Assembly: GCA_018830525.1 (NCBI GenBank)
Contig: JAHJSH010000001.1
Location: 1 to 56,327, forward strand
Direction: 5' to 3'
DNA from: Nanobdellota archaeon
GTDB taxonomy: Archaea; Nanobdellota; Nanobdellia; Pacearchaeales; GW2011-AR1
Length of the DNA: 56,327 nucleotides
Below are positions 28,702-38,250 of this stretch, piece after piece. The notes under the pieces are model-generated. The model was not told where the DNA came from. It made no database searches and saw only the letters and a list, made by a program, of their open reading frames with translations. The number at the start of each line of letters is the position of its first letter. Positions within the stretch are counted from its first letter, which is position 1. The position numbers were made by a program, and so were the translations under genes.

Positions 28702-29508
28702 GTGAAAATGATAGCAAGACAAGAGTTAATTAAGAAATTGAAAGGTTATTTTGACCTAAATATTTACGAAACTAAAGTATGGTTAGCCTTGCTTTCAAAA
28801 GGAATTTCTTCAGCAGGAGAAATCGCAGAGATTTCTGGAGTTCCTCGAAGCCGAACATATGACGTTCTTGAATCCCTAGAAAAGCGAGGATTCGTTATTC
28901 AAAAATTAGGAAAACCTGTTAAATACATCGCAGTAAAACCCGCAACAGTTATCGAGAAATTAAAAAACAACACAACAACATATGCAGAAGAAAAAGTAAA
29001 AACTCTTTCAAACTTAAAAGAAACTACTGAATATAAAGAACTACAAGAACTTCACAAAACTGGAATCGAACCAATCAAGAATCACGAACTTTCCACATCC
29101 ATCAAAGGACGAAGCAACCTTTATTTACAAATGAGGGCAATAATGGAAGACGCAGAAAAAACGGTATACCTCACATCTTCAGCTTACGAACTTTTATCTA
29201 AACAAAAAATATTCAAAGATACTTTTGCAAAATTAAAGAAAAGGAAAGTAGATATTAAAGTAATGATTGCAGATGATGAAGAGGAAGCAAAGAAACTATC
29301 AAAGAAACTCGGAGTAGAAATCAAATCAAGACCAATCAATGCACGTTTCGTAATCGTAGATAAAACAGAACTTATTTTCACAATCAAACCAACAAACGTC
29401 CACGAAGATTTCGATTATGGTGTTTGGATTAATTCACCCTTCTTCACAAGTTCTCTAGCCTATATGTTCGACTTAGCTTGGGCGAGCGATTCGCTTCGAG
29501 ACAAATAA
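28702..29508 (+). CDS. TrmB-family transcriptional regulator (likely ATG start at 28708)
   Basis: LNIYETKVWLALLSKGISSAGEIAEISGVPRSRTYDVLESLEKRGFV; TTTATAAA at 28675..28682. Confidence 0.75.
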   Translation: MKMIARQELIKKLKGYFDLNIYETKVWLALLSKGISSAGEIAEISGVPRSRTYDVLESLEKRGFVIQKLGKPVKYIAVKPATVIEKLKNNTTTYAEEKVKTLSNLKETTEYKELQELHKTGIEPIKNHELSTSIKGRSNLYLQMRAIMEDAEKTVYLTSSAYELLSKQKIFKDTFAKLKKRKVDIKVMIADDEEEAKKLSKKLGVEIKSRPINARFVIVDKTELIFTIKPTNVHEDFDYGVWINSPFFTSSLAYMFDLAWASDSLRDK

Positions 29509-29522
29509 AATGAATAAACGAA

Positions 29523-29873
29523 ATGCAAATTGCGAGGAAGATTAAAATGGAAAGAGCAGATACATTCTCCCCAAAGATTGCAACAGGATATGAAAAATTA
29601 GCGATTAATTTAGAACACCACATAAGAAATTATACCCCCACAACATGGACCGCAACAATTAGCAATGTTGCCTATATCCCTATGGTTCTCAAAGAAGAAG
29701 CAAAAGTGTTTATGGCCCTTCACAAAATGGGCAAACTAGAAAGCGGATTAGAAAAATTAGGCAAGAGTAAAAATTCTCACTTTAAACAATTCAAGGAACG
29801 ATACTATCAGGCAGCAATAAAAGATTTCTTTGATAAAGAATCCTACAAGCCATACGAAGCAGAGTTAAACTAA
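29523..29873 (+). CDS. Hypothetical protein
   Basis: ORF only. Confidence 0.4.
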   Translation: MQIARKIKMERADTFSPKIATGYEKLAINLEHHIRNYTPTTWTATISNVAYIPMVLKEEAKVFMALHKMGKLESGLEKLGKSKNSHFKQFKERYYQAAIKDFFDKESYKPYEAELN

Positions 29874-31085
29874 CTTCGCACTAGCACCCATTTCCTTTTC
29901 AACCTTCCTAACCGACTTAAAAACTTCAGCAACACCACTCTTTTCTTTATACCAATAATAACCTTTTTTCTTGACAACATCTTTTCCTTTAGCCTTAACA
30001 AACGCTTTAACAGCGTCATCTAAACCCTCTGAAGGTCCTCTAAGCTCGATTTCAGGCTTCTCAACAACAACTAGATACCCTCGCGCATTTTGACCGCCAG
30101 CATAATCAAATTCCTTTTTCAGAACCTTCTGTTGTTTCCTAACAAGCTCCCTAACAAAAAAATCCAACAACTTTTTCATCTTCGTCCCAGCAATATCCCC
30201 CTCTTGCCTATCGGTTTTCAAATTAATCTCTACAAAAGTCCCTGCTAGTTTCCTCAAACCTTCAACATCAATCGACTTCCTCTCAAAGTATTCCAATGAG
30301 GGAGATTTCAAAAAATTCCTAGCCACAACCTTAAACTTCTCAAAAGTTTCTTCACCAAGCCCCGCACAAACATTCCGATACTTGTAAGTAGGATCAACTA
30401 GAACAACTGGCCCTTGCGTCTTTGAAGAATTAATCTCACTCAAAACATCACGCTCGCCCTTAAAATATTTGATTGGGTCAATAACTCGAATTTTAGAAAT
30501 CCCTTTCAAGAACTTTACAAATCCTCCAAAATAAATTACCAACACTTCTAAAGAATAACCGCTAAAACCTTTAACATAACTCTCCGCCCCATAGCACCTA
30601 TTCGCCCAACAAAATGCCTTAGCCAGTTTAATCTCGTCGGCAATTTTAGGGTTTTTGGTTACCTCTTCGCTGATATACTTAACATGACTTAACGAAACAT
30701 CTGTCACATTCTCCGCCAACTCGGGGTCCTTATTCTTCACAACCGGAATAATTTCAAGCAAAACAGAATCACAATCAATCTGAAAATAATCTCGTGAACC
30801 ATGAACCTTTTTCAGCTTGCCAGGAAGTTTAATCTTTTTCAAAACACCCTCCAACTTCAAAATATCCTCGCTATAATCAAAAACGACAAAAATATCAATA
30901 TCTTGAGACCTCTCTTTCTTAATCAAGGTCCCCTTCGCCAAGCTACCGCCAACATAAGCCTTGATTCCTTTAGCTTTAAAAGAAGTAATAAAACTCTTAG
31001 CAACTTTCTCTAATTTCAAAATCTCTTCACGAGAAAGTGAAATAGCTTCAAGCTCTGCTTTCAAAATAGAATTAATATTCACCAT
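29865..31085 (-). CDS. cca: Archaeal class I CCA-adding enzyme (tRNA nucleotidyltransferase)
   Basis: YVGGSLAKGTLIKKERSQDIDIFVVF, AKAFCWANRCYGAESYVKGFSGYSLEVLVIYFGGF and VLVDPTYKYRNVCAGL are collinear with the recalled A. fulgidus enzyme. Confidence 0.85.
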   Translation of the reverse strand: MVNINSILKAELEAISLSREEILKLEKVAKSFITSFKAKGIKAYVGGSLAKGTLIKKERSQDIDIFVVFDYSEDILKLEGVLKKIKLPGKLKKVHGSRDYFQIDCDSVLLEIIPVVKNKDPELAENVTDVSLSHVKYISEEVTKNPKIADEIKLAKAFCWANRCYGAESYVKGFSGYSLEVLVIYFGGFVKFLKGISKIRVIDPIKYFKGERDVLSEINSSKTQGPVVLVDPTYKYRNVCAGLGEETFEKFKVVARNFLKSPSLEYFERKSIDVEGLRKLAGTFVEINLKTDRQEGDIAGTKMKKLLDFFVRELVRKQQKVLKKEFDYAGGQNARGYLVVVEKPEIELRGPSEGLDDAVKAFVKAKGKDVVKKKGYYWYKEKSGVAEVFKSVRKVEKEMGASAKLV

Positions 31086-31451
31086 AAGTAATTAAAGAAA
31101 AAACCATATAAAAACATATCTTTTACTTTTTATTATGTAACTTAATGGCTTATGTTCTCCTCCCAAAATAACTTACTAAAACCACTGAAAACCCTGCGAA
31201 AATCCTCCTCATAATTTGCATTTGCCAATTAAAGAAAAGATAGGGCAAAAGCGAATTACTCGTTCGCAAGCTCACTTTCCCATTTTCGCACTCTTATTTT
31301 ATAAATCTCCTTAACTTTTTACATCACAATTAAAATTTTATCAGGATTATTAAACAAATTTCAAAAACCGAGAGCCGACAAGGCAGAGGTTTTTGAGGAG
31401 CAGATAACTTCGTTTTAAGTTAGCTATTAAACATAAATCATTAACTTAGAT

Positions 31452-31841
31452 TTATTCTTTCTTATGATGCGGAAGAGAACTTTCAATATCAATAATATAT
31501 TTACCTTCTTCAAGCTTAAAAACAATCGAGCGTCGGTTAATCAAACTAACTAAATCAATTTCAAATTTTCCAGGTTCAAGAACACGAACACTTTCTAAAT
31601 TAAGTATAACTGGTTTTTCATCATCCTCTATATTCAAAATCTCTCTAACATCTTTTTCAACTTGCTTTTTATCAACTTTATCAAATTCAGGAATTGGCAA
31701 TTCTTGTGATTCTTTTATCTTAGAAACCTGTTCATCACGAATATAAAAAAAGAATTTCCCATGACAACTAGCACAACCTTCAAGAATCTCTTTTGAAGCA
31801 ACTTCAATAATTTTCCCGCAGTGAACACATTGGTGTGGCAT
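31452..31841 (-). CDS. Zn-ribbon-containing protein (COG3364/DUF2072-like)
   Basis: MPHQCVHCGKIIEVASKEILEGCASCHGKFFFYIRDE. Confidence 0.5.
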   Translation of the reverse strand: MPHQCVHCGKIIEVASKEILEGCASCHGKFFFYIRDEQVSKIKESQELPIPEFDKVDKKQVEKDVREILNIEDDEKPVILNLESVRVLEPGKFEIDLVSLINRRSIVFKLEEGKYIIDIESSLPHHKKE

Positions 31842-31884
31842 TTTTTGAATTTTCCTATTTTTTTGTTTTATTTACCTGAACTTT

Positions 31885-32024
31885 TGAAAAATGGCATCAG
31901 ACATTTTTGCAAATTAACTAATTTTAGTTTCTCTATGTTTAATTTGTGAAAATGACATTAGCATTTTATGATTTTGACTATTTAATTACCTACAAATCCA
32001 AAATTAGGAAATGGCATTAGCATG
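31885..32024. repeat. Three copies of a GAAA(A)ATGRCATYAGMCAT motif spaced 59-61 bp apart
   Basis: ATGGCATCAGACAT at 31891, ATGACATTAGCAT at 31952, ATGGCATTAGCAT at 32011; AATGACATT is near-palindromic. Confidence 0.55.
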
Positions 32025-32057
32025 ACGACTGAAAGAAAACAGAATTAATAAAAGTTT

Positions 32058-33419
32058 CTAAGAAAGAATCGTTACGTCCACATCATCAATATACCATCCC
32101 TCTTCAAGGCCACAACAATCATCCCATGTATCATACCTAAACCTTATTTTTATTTCCTGCCCAGTATAATCATTTAAATTATAAGTGAATGTCCTCAAGG
32201 TTGTGTCATAAGAATTATGAAGTAAATCCTCTGGACATCCTGAAATTGTTGTCCATGTATCCCCACCATCATTTGATACTTCAATATATTCTGTATCAAA
32301 AGAAGGACAACCACCCTCATCATTTGTCCACGAATTAAAAGTCAGAGTGGTAGTAGTGGCATCTATTAAATTAATCAATGGAGATTTGATATAACTGCTC
32401 TCGCACTCCCTATTTAACTGTCCAGGAACTCCTGCCCAATTTGAACCAAAATTAATTGAACCTCCGCTTGAAGAAGAAAAAATCGCCCAAGAATCTAATT
32501 TCTCCCCACAGTATACACCACCAATATCAGCAACATTATGCTCCCAAATCTGACCTAACTCAAAGTCCTCGAAAAAAACTGTGCAGGGAAAACTATTTTG
32601 ATAAACACACTCATTAGATTCACAACTCTTTGACTTACAATTAATATCAGCACAATCACTTACATAATTACATTCCCCGCAGTTTCCATTTCCATCGCAA
32701 AATCCTGCTGAGCAAGAAGTGTCTATTGGCGAGGGAACATTTTCGCAAACCAAATTATTGCAATTTTCTTCAAAACATTCTGGGGCAGAAGGACAATTGT
32801 TATCAATCCCGCACTCGCCGTAATCTCCCTTGCCGTCACAGTAATAATTCCCACTCCTCGATGCAATACCTATCGCCCAATAACTATAACTTCCTGTTTC
32901 AGAATCCCAATCCTTGCATTCTAAATCTTCTGTTCTTCCATCACTTTCTTTAATAGATTTCCCTGCAGAGTCTATCTTTCCTTTAGACAAAACTCCTTTA
33001 GAAATTATTTCTCCTACTTTTTTTTCTCTTTCTGAATAAGTTATTGGGGCGACTTTTACTTCTTCTGGCTTTTCTGATAACCTATAATAATATGTTTTTG
33101 CTTGATTGGGGTTTGGGGCTGTCTCATAAAAGGTATCAGATTTGCCATTACTAACAAAAATTATTTGGGCTTGTGAAACATTCACATCATCCGCCCCACG
33201 CCTAACCTGCACACTTGCCAGATTATTTTCGGCATCCCAAACAGTATAACCGCTTGCAGTCTCAATATTCAACCTAACATCAAACTGTTCTGTTGAAGCC
33301 AAGTTATCCTGAATCATAGGAATGATAGCAGCCCAGATAATTGTTACAGCAGCAACCGTGATTAGAATTATTAAAACTGTTGCAACGATTGCAGAAATAC
33401 CTGACTTATTATTCACCAT
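32058..33419 (-). CDS. Secreted Cys-rich surface protein with an archaeal type IV pilin-like (class III) signal peptide
   Basis: MVNNKSGISAIVATVLIILITVAAVTIIW. The central region has many Cys. The C-terminal beta-sandwich-like block is EVSNDGGDTWTTI...IKIRFRYDT...EGWYIDDVDV. Confidence 0.6.
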   Translation of the reverse strand: MVNNKSGISAIVATVLIILITVAAVTIIWAAIIPMIQDNLASTEQFDVRLNIETASGYTVWDAENNLASVQVRRGADDVNVSQAQIIFVSNGKSDTFYETAPNPNQAKTYYYRLSEKPEEVKVAPITYSEREKKVGEIISKGVLSKGKIDSAGKSIKESDGRTEDLECKDWDSETGSYSYWAIGIASRSGNYYCDGKGDYGECGIDNNCPSAPECFEENCNNLVCENVPSPIDTSCSAGFCDGNGNCGECNYVSDCADINCKSKSCESNECVYQNSFPCTVFFEDFELGQIWEHNVADIGGVYCGEKLDSWAIFSSSSGGSINFGSNWAGVPGQLNRECESSYIKSPLINLIDATTTTLTFNSWTNDEGGCPSFDTEYIEVSNDGGDTWTTISGCPEDLLHNSYDTTLRTFTYNLNDYTGQEIKIRFRYDTWDDCCGLEEGWYIDDVDVTILS

Positions 33420-33452
33420 CTCATATTTACTAGAAAAAGGATTATTTAAAGC

Positions 33453-33890
33453 TTATTTTCTTCTAAGCATCATCTCAATCTTCTTTGGGTCCCGAGTAAT
33501 ATCCTTAACAACTGAAGCGGGGCCAATAATTGTAATGGCATCCTGCTCTCCGACGAGAATCCTCGCAATATTATACCGAACCTTATTGAACAAACCTTCA
33601 TTCTCACTATCTCCACTAATCGCTGCAATTTCAATCCCCTGAAAACCTTTAATATTCCCAATGAGAGTCATAGAATTTTCTATCAATCTAGCTTCCTCAT
33701 CCGGCTTTAATCTCCCCTGCAAGATAATAATTTTATTTTGGAGAACAACACCCATAATCTTCTTTATCCTTCCAATCGCATCTTCCCGAGCTATCTCGCT
33801 ATAAGGCATAAAATGGATTGTTAAATCCCTTGACCCAATCTTCTTAGAAATCTTAATCTTTCTCATCACCTTCTTTTTCTTTGCTACCAT
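33453..33890 (-). CDS. DUF2073-like archaeal protein
   Basis: IIILQGRLKPDEEARLIENSMTLIGNIKGFQGIEIA; its ATG shares 1 nt with the TAA of the upstream MNT gene. Confidence 0.45.
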   Translation of the reverse strand: MVAKKKKVMRKIKISKKIGSRDLTIHFMPYSEIAREDAIGRIKKIMGVVLQNKIIILQGRLKPDEEARLIENSMTLIGNIKGFQGIEIAAISGDSENEGLFNKVRYNIARILVGEQDAITIIGPASVVKDITRDPKKIEMMLRRK

Positions 33891-34204
33891 TAAACTTCAA
33901 TCCCCCCCTCACTAGCCAATTTAACAACTGTCGGACGATTTTTCATTTTTTCAAACTCTTCAGAAGTCAAACAAACAAAATCCACAGAATAATCAACATC
34001 CCATGCCCTATACATCTTTATAGCTCTCTGATAACTTTTAACTCCTTCAAATTCATCACTAACAATAATTAAATCAAAATCGCTTTCATTCTTGAAATCC
34101 CTCCCAGCACGACTTCCAAATAAAATCATCTTCCTAATATCAATTTTCTTAGAAATAATTCTCTTAAAAGCTTCAACTATCATCAAATTTTTTTTATTAA
34201 CCAT
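33890..34204 (-). CDS. Minimal nucleotidyltransferase (MNT), antitoxin-type partner of HEPN
   Basis: ILFGSRAGRDFKNESDFDLIIV (GS-x-DxD). Confidence 0.75.
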   Translation of the reverse strand: MVNKKNLMIVEAFKRIISKKIDIRKMILFGSRAGRDFKNESDFDLIIVSDEFEGVKSYQRAIKMYRAWDVDYSVDFVCLTSEEFEKMKNRPTVVKLASEGGIEV

Positions 34205-34545
34205 TCTAACACCTCCTCAGCAAACTTAATAAAACTATCCACCTCAATTTTTTCAAAATCCTTAACTGGAACATACCTTACCTCAGTATACAAACTAGAC
34301 AATTCCGCTAACTTATCAAAAAATTTCTCAGGCAAATTAACTTTTTTACCTAATCTCACTAAATCATGGGTCTTAATTAGTTCATTACTCTTTTTAATTA
34401 TTAAAGCCTTCAAACCTTTCTCAACAGTCTGCTCACACAGAAAAACCGCAACAGAATATTTTTCTCCATCGAAATTATATTTGGCACTCGATAAATCCAC
34501 CCCCGCCTGCTCAAACCATTTTTCAAACTCCTCTTTTTCAACCAT
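34183..34545 (-). CDS. HEPN-domain protein
   Basis: AGVDLSSAKYNFDGEKYSVAVFLCEQTVEKGLKALI...KTHDL...EVRYVP; 22-nt overlap with MNT. Confidence 0.75.
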   Translation of the reverse strand: MVEKEEFEKWFEQAGVDLSSAKYNFDGEKYSVAVFLCEQTVEKGLKALIIKKSNELIKTHDLVRLGKKVNLPEKFFDKLAELSSLYTEVRYVPVKDFEKIEVDSFIKFAEEVLEWLIKKI

Positions 34546-34573
34546 CTTAACTAGATTATTATCTTATTTTTTA

Positions 34574-34798
34574 CCATTTATTTTTTCCTTATGTATCAAT
34601 GGTACTCTTTGAGCGCCATTTATCTTTTATCCGATATATTTATGATACTTTTCGAACACCATTTTATCTTTTATCCGATATATTTATGATACTTTTCGAA
34701 CACCATTTATTTTTTCCTTATGTATCAATGGTACTCTTTGAGCGCCATTTATCTTTTATCCGATATATTTATGATACTTTTCGAACACCATTTTATCT
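34574..34798. repeat. Tandem array of about 5.25 copies of a 42-44-bp unit in two subtypes (A B B A B b), i.e. a 129-bp higher-order unit repeated about 1.75 times
   Basis: A = CCATTTATTTTTTCCTTATGTATCAATGGTACTCTTTGAGCG (34574, 34703). B = CCATTT(T)ATCTTTTATCCGATATATTTATGATACTTTTCGAACA (34616, 34659, 34745). A partial B at 34788 overlaps the GTPase stop codon. Confidence 0.9.
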
Positions 34799-35434
34799 CG
34801 TCTTCTTAACTAACTTGAAAAGCGCTTCATAAAACTCTTCAATGTTATCACCATTTTTTGCGGAAATCCCTACAACTTCATATTCTGGAAAAGCTCCTTG
34901 TACTTTCTTAATGTCTGCTTTTTTTAAATCTATCTTATTTGCAACAATCAACACTGGAATTTTTCGAGCCACTAAATTTCCAATAATTGTAATGTTAACT
35001 TGTGAATAAGGATTGATAGTAGCGTCGATAAGAACAATAACTGCATCCATATCATCTAGCCACTTGATCGATTCAATAATTCCTTGCGTAGCTTCTTTCG
35101 CCCGAGTCTGCGCGGCTTTTTTCTTCAAACCAAATTTCATAAAATCTTCAAAATCAATCTTCGTTGCAATTCCTGGAGTATCAATCAATTTAAATTCTAC
35201 CTTCCTACCATCTCGCTCAAGAATAACTTTTTCCTTAAACTGAATTTTTCGGGTTTCATGCGGCACCTTACTTACAGCCCCCAAATCCTCACCGAGCCAA
35301 TCCTGACAAATTTTATTAGCCAAACTAGTCTTTCCAGCATTTGGAGAACCATAAAATCCTAACCGAATCTCTCCCTTTTTCCTAAAGATCCCAGAAAAAA
35401 GTCTCCGAGCAAAATTTTTAATTATTTTTATCAC
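34793..35434 (-). CDS. Small GTP-binding protein (Era/EngB-like P-loop GTPase), GTG start
   Basis: GSPNAGKTSLANKI (G1), DTPGI (G3), NKIDL (G4). Confidence 0.75.
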   Translation of the reverse strand: MIKIIKNFARRLFSGIFRKKGEIRLGFYGSPNAGKTSLANKICQDWLGEDLGAVSKVPHETRKIQFKEKVILERDGRKVEFKLIDTPGIATKIDFEDFMKFGLKKKAAQTRAKEATQGIIESIKWLDDMDAVIVLIDATINPYSQVNITIIGNLVARKIPVLIVANKIDLKKADIKKVQGAFPEYEVVGISAKNGDNIEEFYEALFKLVKKTR

Positions 35435-35440
35435 TTTAAA

Positions 35441-38131
35441 CTACCTTCTTATAAGTCTTCTTTGAAACCCAGATTTATTAATGTTTCCACTAATTTGTTG
35501 TTGAGATGAAGTAGCAAATTTCTTTCTAGCTGCACGATTCCTCATATAAGCCACAATTTTATCAAAAGGAATAATCTCAATCATCCCAGTTCTTTGACCA
35601 CGAGATTTCCTAAATACATAAATAAGTCTTTCCAAAGACCACCCTTGCTTACTCAATTCCCTTCGAATCTCTCCATCCTCCTTTCCTCTCGCCCGAGCAT
35701 TTGCAATATACATCAAAAGATTATATAGTTGTCGTCGATCACCAAACAAATGACTCTCATAATTCCTTTTATACCAAATTTGAAGAAGAGTGTAAAAAAT
35801 AAATATGAAAACTACTATTAAAATAATATAAAAGATAACTTTACTCGCAGGTTGTTTACAATCACTAGGACAGGTTGAAGAATCTTCTCCGAAATCCTTT
35901 TCACAAACTAAATTAAAATTACAAGTCTCATCAATATTCGCCTCAATAACAAGCTTACCCAATTTCGGAGACACAAAAAAAGGAGTTTCCCCAGCATTCT
36001 TATAATAAAACTCAAAAATCTTGTTCTCCCCCCCATCAAAAACAATCACTGTGTCATCATCTCCAGCCTTCCTTGCACCAGGATCCTTAGTTTTTTCAAA
36101 AAACAATTCTAAGAAAGGTCGCTTAATAATCAAATAACTTTCATCGTCGCTATAAGAGGTAATATTATAAAGATAGGTCCGGAATATGGCCTCAGTACTT
36201 CCATCCAACCAAGCGACCGAAATTTTCTTCGTTGAAACATCAGATCGAACCGTCTGTGTCTGCCATCTTAAAATCGGATCTATATATTCATCCAAATCAG
36301 GATAACTTGATCCTCCCGCGAAATCCAAAATAATTTGGGGATCAATATCTCCCATCCCAGTCAAAGTTTCAAATCCCATCTCCTCTATAACAAAAACATT
36401 AGTCGGAATATTCAAAGAAAATAAATCGGCGGCAATTTCTAAAAGATCTGAATCATCAAAAGAAAGATTATAAGCCCTCTCCAATCGAGTCAACTCCCCC
36501 TCATAATATGAATAATTAATAATCTCTCCCAATTCAGAACGATACCATTCGGGAAAACTACTCAACTTCGATTTAACTCCATCTAAAGATCCTCTTAGAT
36601 TAACAAGAGTTACACTCACCGCCTCGGCCGGGCTAATAGCCTCGACAACAAAACCTTTCTTAGAAGTCAAATTCCCTCCAGCACTTACTTCAATAATAAC
36701 AGAATAATTTTTTATCTGAGCAAAAGTATGAACGATAAAGTTTTCGGGAGTAGTCTGTGCACTACTATTTTCAAATTTCCAAGTATAAGTTAGAGAAGCA
36801 TTCGGAACATCGAAATCAACACCAACATAAAACGTAACAGGAACTCCGGCAGGAGGATTCTTTGGAGAAAGAGAAGTAATAATCGGAGCAGGAATTTGTT
36901 CAACCTCTTCTTCAAAAAGAGTTTCTCCACCTAAAAAAAGACTATAATCTCCAGAACCCAAAATGTTAAATCCGGTTAAACCTAAATCAAGAACTCCTTC
37001 AAAATCAACAGAGGAAGGTATAATGTCTAAGTCCGAAATCTCATTTGATTGATAAAACTCTCCATCCACAGTATAATCCAAACCTATGTTAGAAATTCTA
37101 ACGGATTGTGGAATCCCAGAAAATTCTATCGGTAAAACACAAGTGTCAGAACAATCTCGTTCGTATCTCCTAACCAAAAGGTCATCAGCAGCGCTCACCA
37201 AAGCCGCAAAATCTAAATCAGATGAACTGAAAGACGCCGCACCAGAATATAACGAAGTTCTCGCAGAAATAGAATAATCCTTTACACTGCTCTCCGGACC
37301 GTTACTAAAAACAAAACCACACGGAGTTCCAGAGGTCTCGGTATAGATTTTATAATTTGTAGCAATAGAAGCCTTAACGCAAACCTGATAATTTCCTTCC
37401 TCAAAAACTTCCCCTAGATTAGCATCAATCCGACATCCTTCAAAATCATTAGGATTAAACTTACATGTCCCAAGATAACCTCCTCCATTCTCGGGGTAAA
37501 GAGTCATAGTCAAATTTTTAGTATCTCCGAGGAGAACCTCGGCCCCAACATAAACCGCACCAGTCTCAGTTATTCCAATCATCTCACAATAACTCGAAGT
37601 TCCAATAAGCGGTCCAGTTTCCCCAAGGCTCGGATTATAACATCCCCAATCCCTCGATGAAAAATTATCAGAAAACTCATTAAACCCCCATTTCTCCCCC
37701 TCAAAAAAATTCAAAGACAAAGGCCTCTTAAGACTCTGCCCAAAATTACTCACAATATTAAAACTAAGCCCTGTCAAGATAACATTTTCTCCATTTAAAA
37801 CAAATCCCCCATAACTCTTGGCTGCCATCACACTGAAGTTCTTATCGCTCGAGCTAGAAAGGACAGTATAACCATTAGAACAATCCGGCGGAGAACAATC
37901 AAAATCAGCCCCGTTATCTACCAAAAATTTCCCAAGATCTATAGAATCATTTTCACTCGAAGTCAACTCCGAATTGTACTCTTCCCCCAAGATGGAAAGA
38001 TTAATCCATCCAGAAATCATCTCAAACGGAAAGTAAGCATCCTTAAAACTATAATTATAAACCTCAACAGATGCCGAAGCCATCGCAGTCATGAGACACA
38101 CTAATAACAAAATCACCCCAAATCTTTTCAT
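35441..38131 (-). CDS. Large secreted/membrane-anchored surface protein (signal peptide, PKD-like domain, C-terminal TM plus basic cytoplasmic tail)
   Basis: MKRFGVILLLVCLMTAMASA; VPVTFYVGVDFDVPNASLTYTWKF...; TM VIFYIILIVVFIFIFYTLL. ATG 38131 is 21 nt from TATA 38153..38160; the ORF-track TTG start is 38146. Confidence 0.6.
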   Translation of the reverse strand: MKRFGVILLLVCLMTAMASASVEVYNYSFKDAYFPFEMISGWINLSILGEEYNSELTSSENDSIDLGKFLVDNGADFDCSPPDCSNGYTVLSSSSDKNFSVMAAKSYGGFVLNGENVILTGLSFNIVSNFGQSLKRPLSLNFFEGEKWGFNEFSDNFSSRDWGCYNPSLGETGPLIGTSSYCEMIGITETGAVYVGAEVLLGDTKNLTMTLYPENGGGYLGTCKFNPNDFEGCRIDANLGEVFEEGNYQVCVKASIATNYKIYTETSGTPCGFVFSNGPESSVKDYSISARTSLYSGAASFSSSDLDFAALVSAADDLLVRRYERDCSDTCVLPIEFSGIPQSVRISNIGLDYTVDGEFYQSNEISDLDIIPSSVDFEGVLDLGLTGFNILGSGDYSLFLGGETLFEEEVEQIPAPIITSLSPKNPPAGVPVTFYVGVDFDVPNASLTYTWKFENSSAQTTPENFIVHTFAQIKNYSVIIEVSAGGNLTSKKGFVVEAISPAEAVSVTLVNLRGSLDGVKSKLSSFPEWYRSELGEIINYSYYEGELTRLERAYNLSFDDSDLLEIAADLFSLNIPTNVFVIEEMGFETLTGMGDIDPQIILDFAGGSSYPDLDEYIDPILRWQTQTVRSDVSTKKISVAWLDGSTEAIFRTYLYNITSYSDDESYLIIKRPFLELFFEKTKDPGARKAGDDDTVIVFDGGENKIFEFYYKNAGETPFFVSPKLGKLVIEANIDETCNFNLVCEKDFGEDSSTCPSDCKQPASKVIFYIILIVVFIFIFYTLLQIWYKRNYESHLFGDRRQLYNLLMYIANARARGKEDGEIRRELSKQGWSLERLIYVFRKSRGQRTGMIEIIPFDKIVAYMRNRAARKKFATSSQQQISGNINKSGFQRRLIRR

Positions 38132-38152
38132 AGAATACCTTAGCAAATAGAG

Positions 38153-38160
38153 TTTATAAA
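38153..38160 (-). promoter_or_regulatory. TATA box TTTATAAA 21 nt upstream of ATG 38131
   Basis: Read directly. Confidence 0.5.
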
Positions 38161-38250
38161 TAATACGAAGAGATCGACTAATTTAAGGGAAGTTGATGAC
38201 ACAAAAAACCTTAGATCCCCAGATCACCTACAGGTAGTTTCTTATGCTAA

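Noticed and set aside
34574-34798. Possible CRISPR array
   Set aside because: The units abut each other without unique spacers and come in two diverged subtypes. No cas genes are in the window.
34599-34832. 77-aa + strand ORF (MVLFERHLSFIRYIYDTF...)
   Set aside because: It is simply the translation of the 42-44-bp tandem repeats, so the peptide itself is repetitive. It also overlaps the GTPase 3' end.
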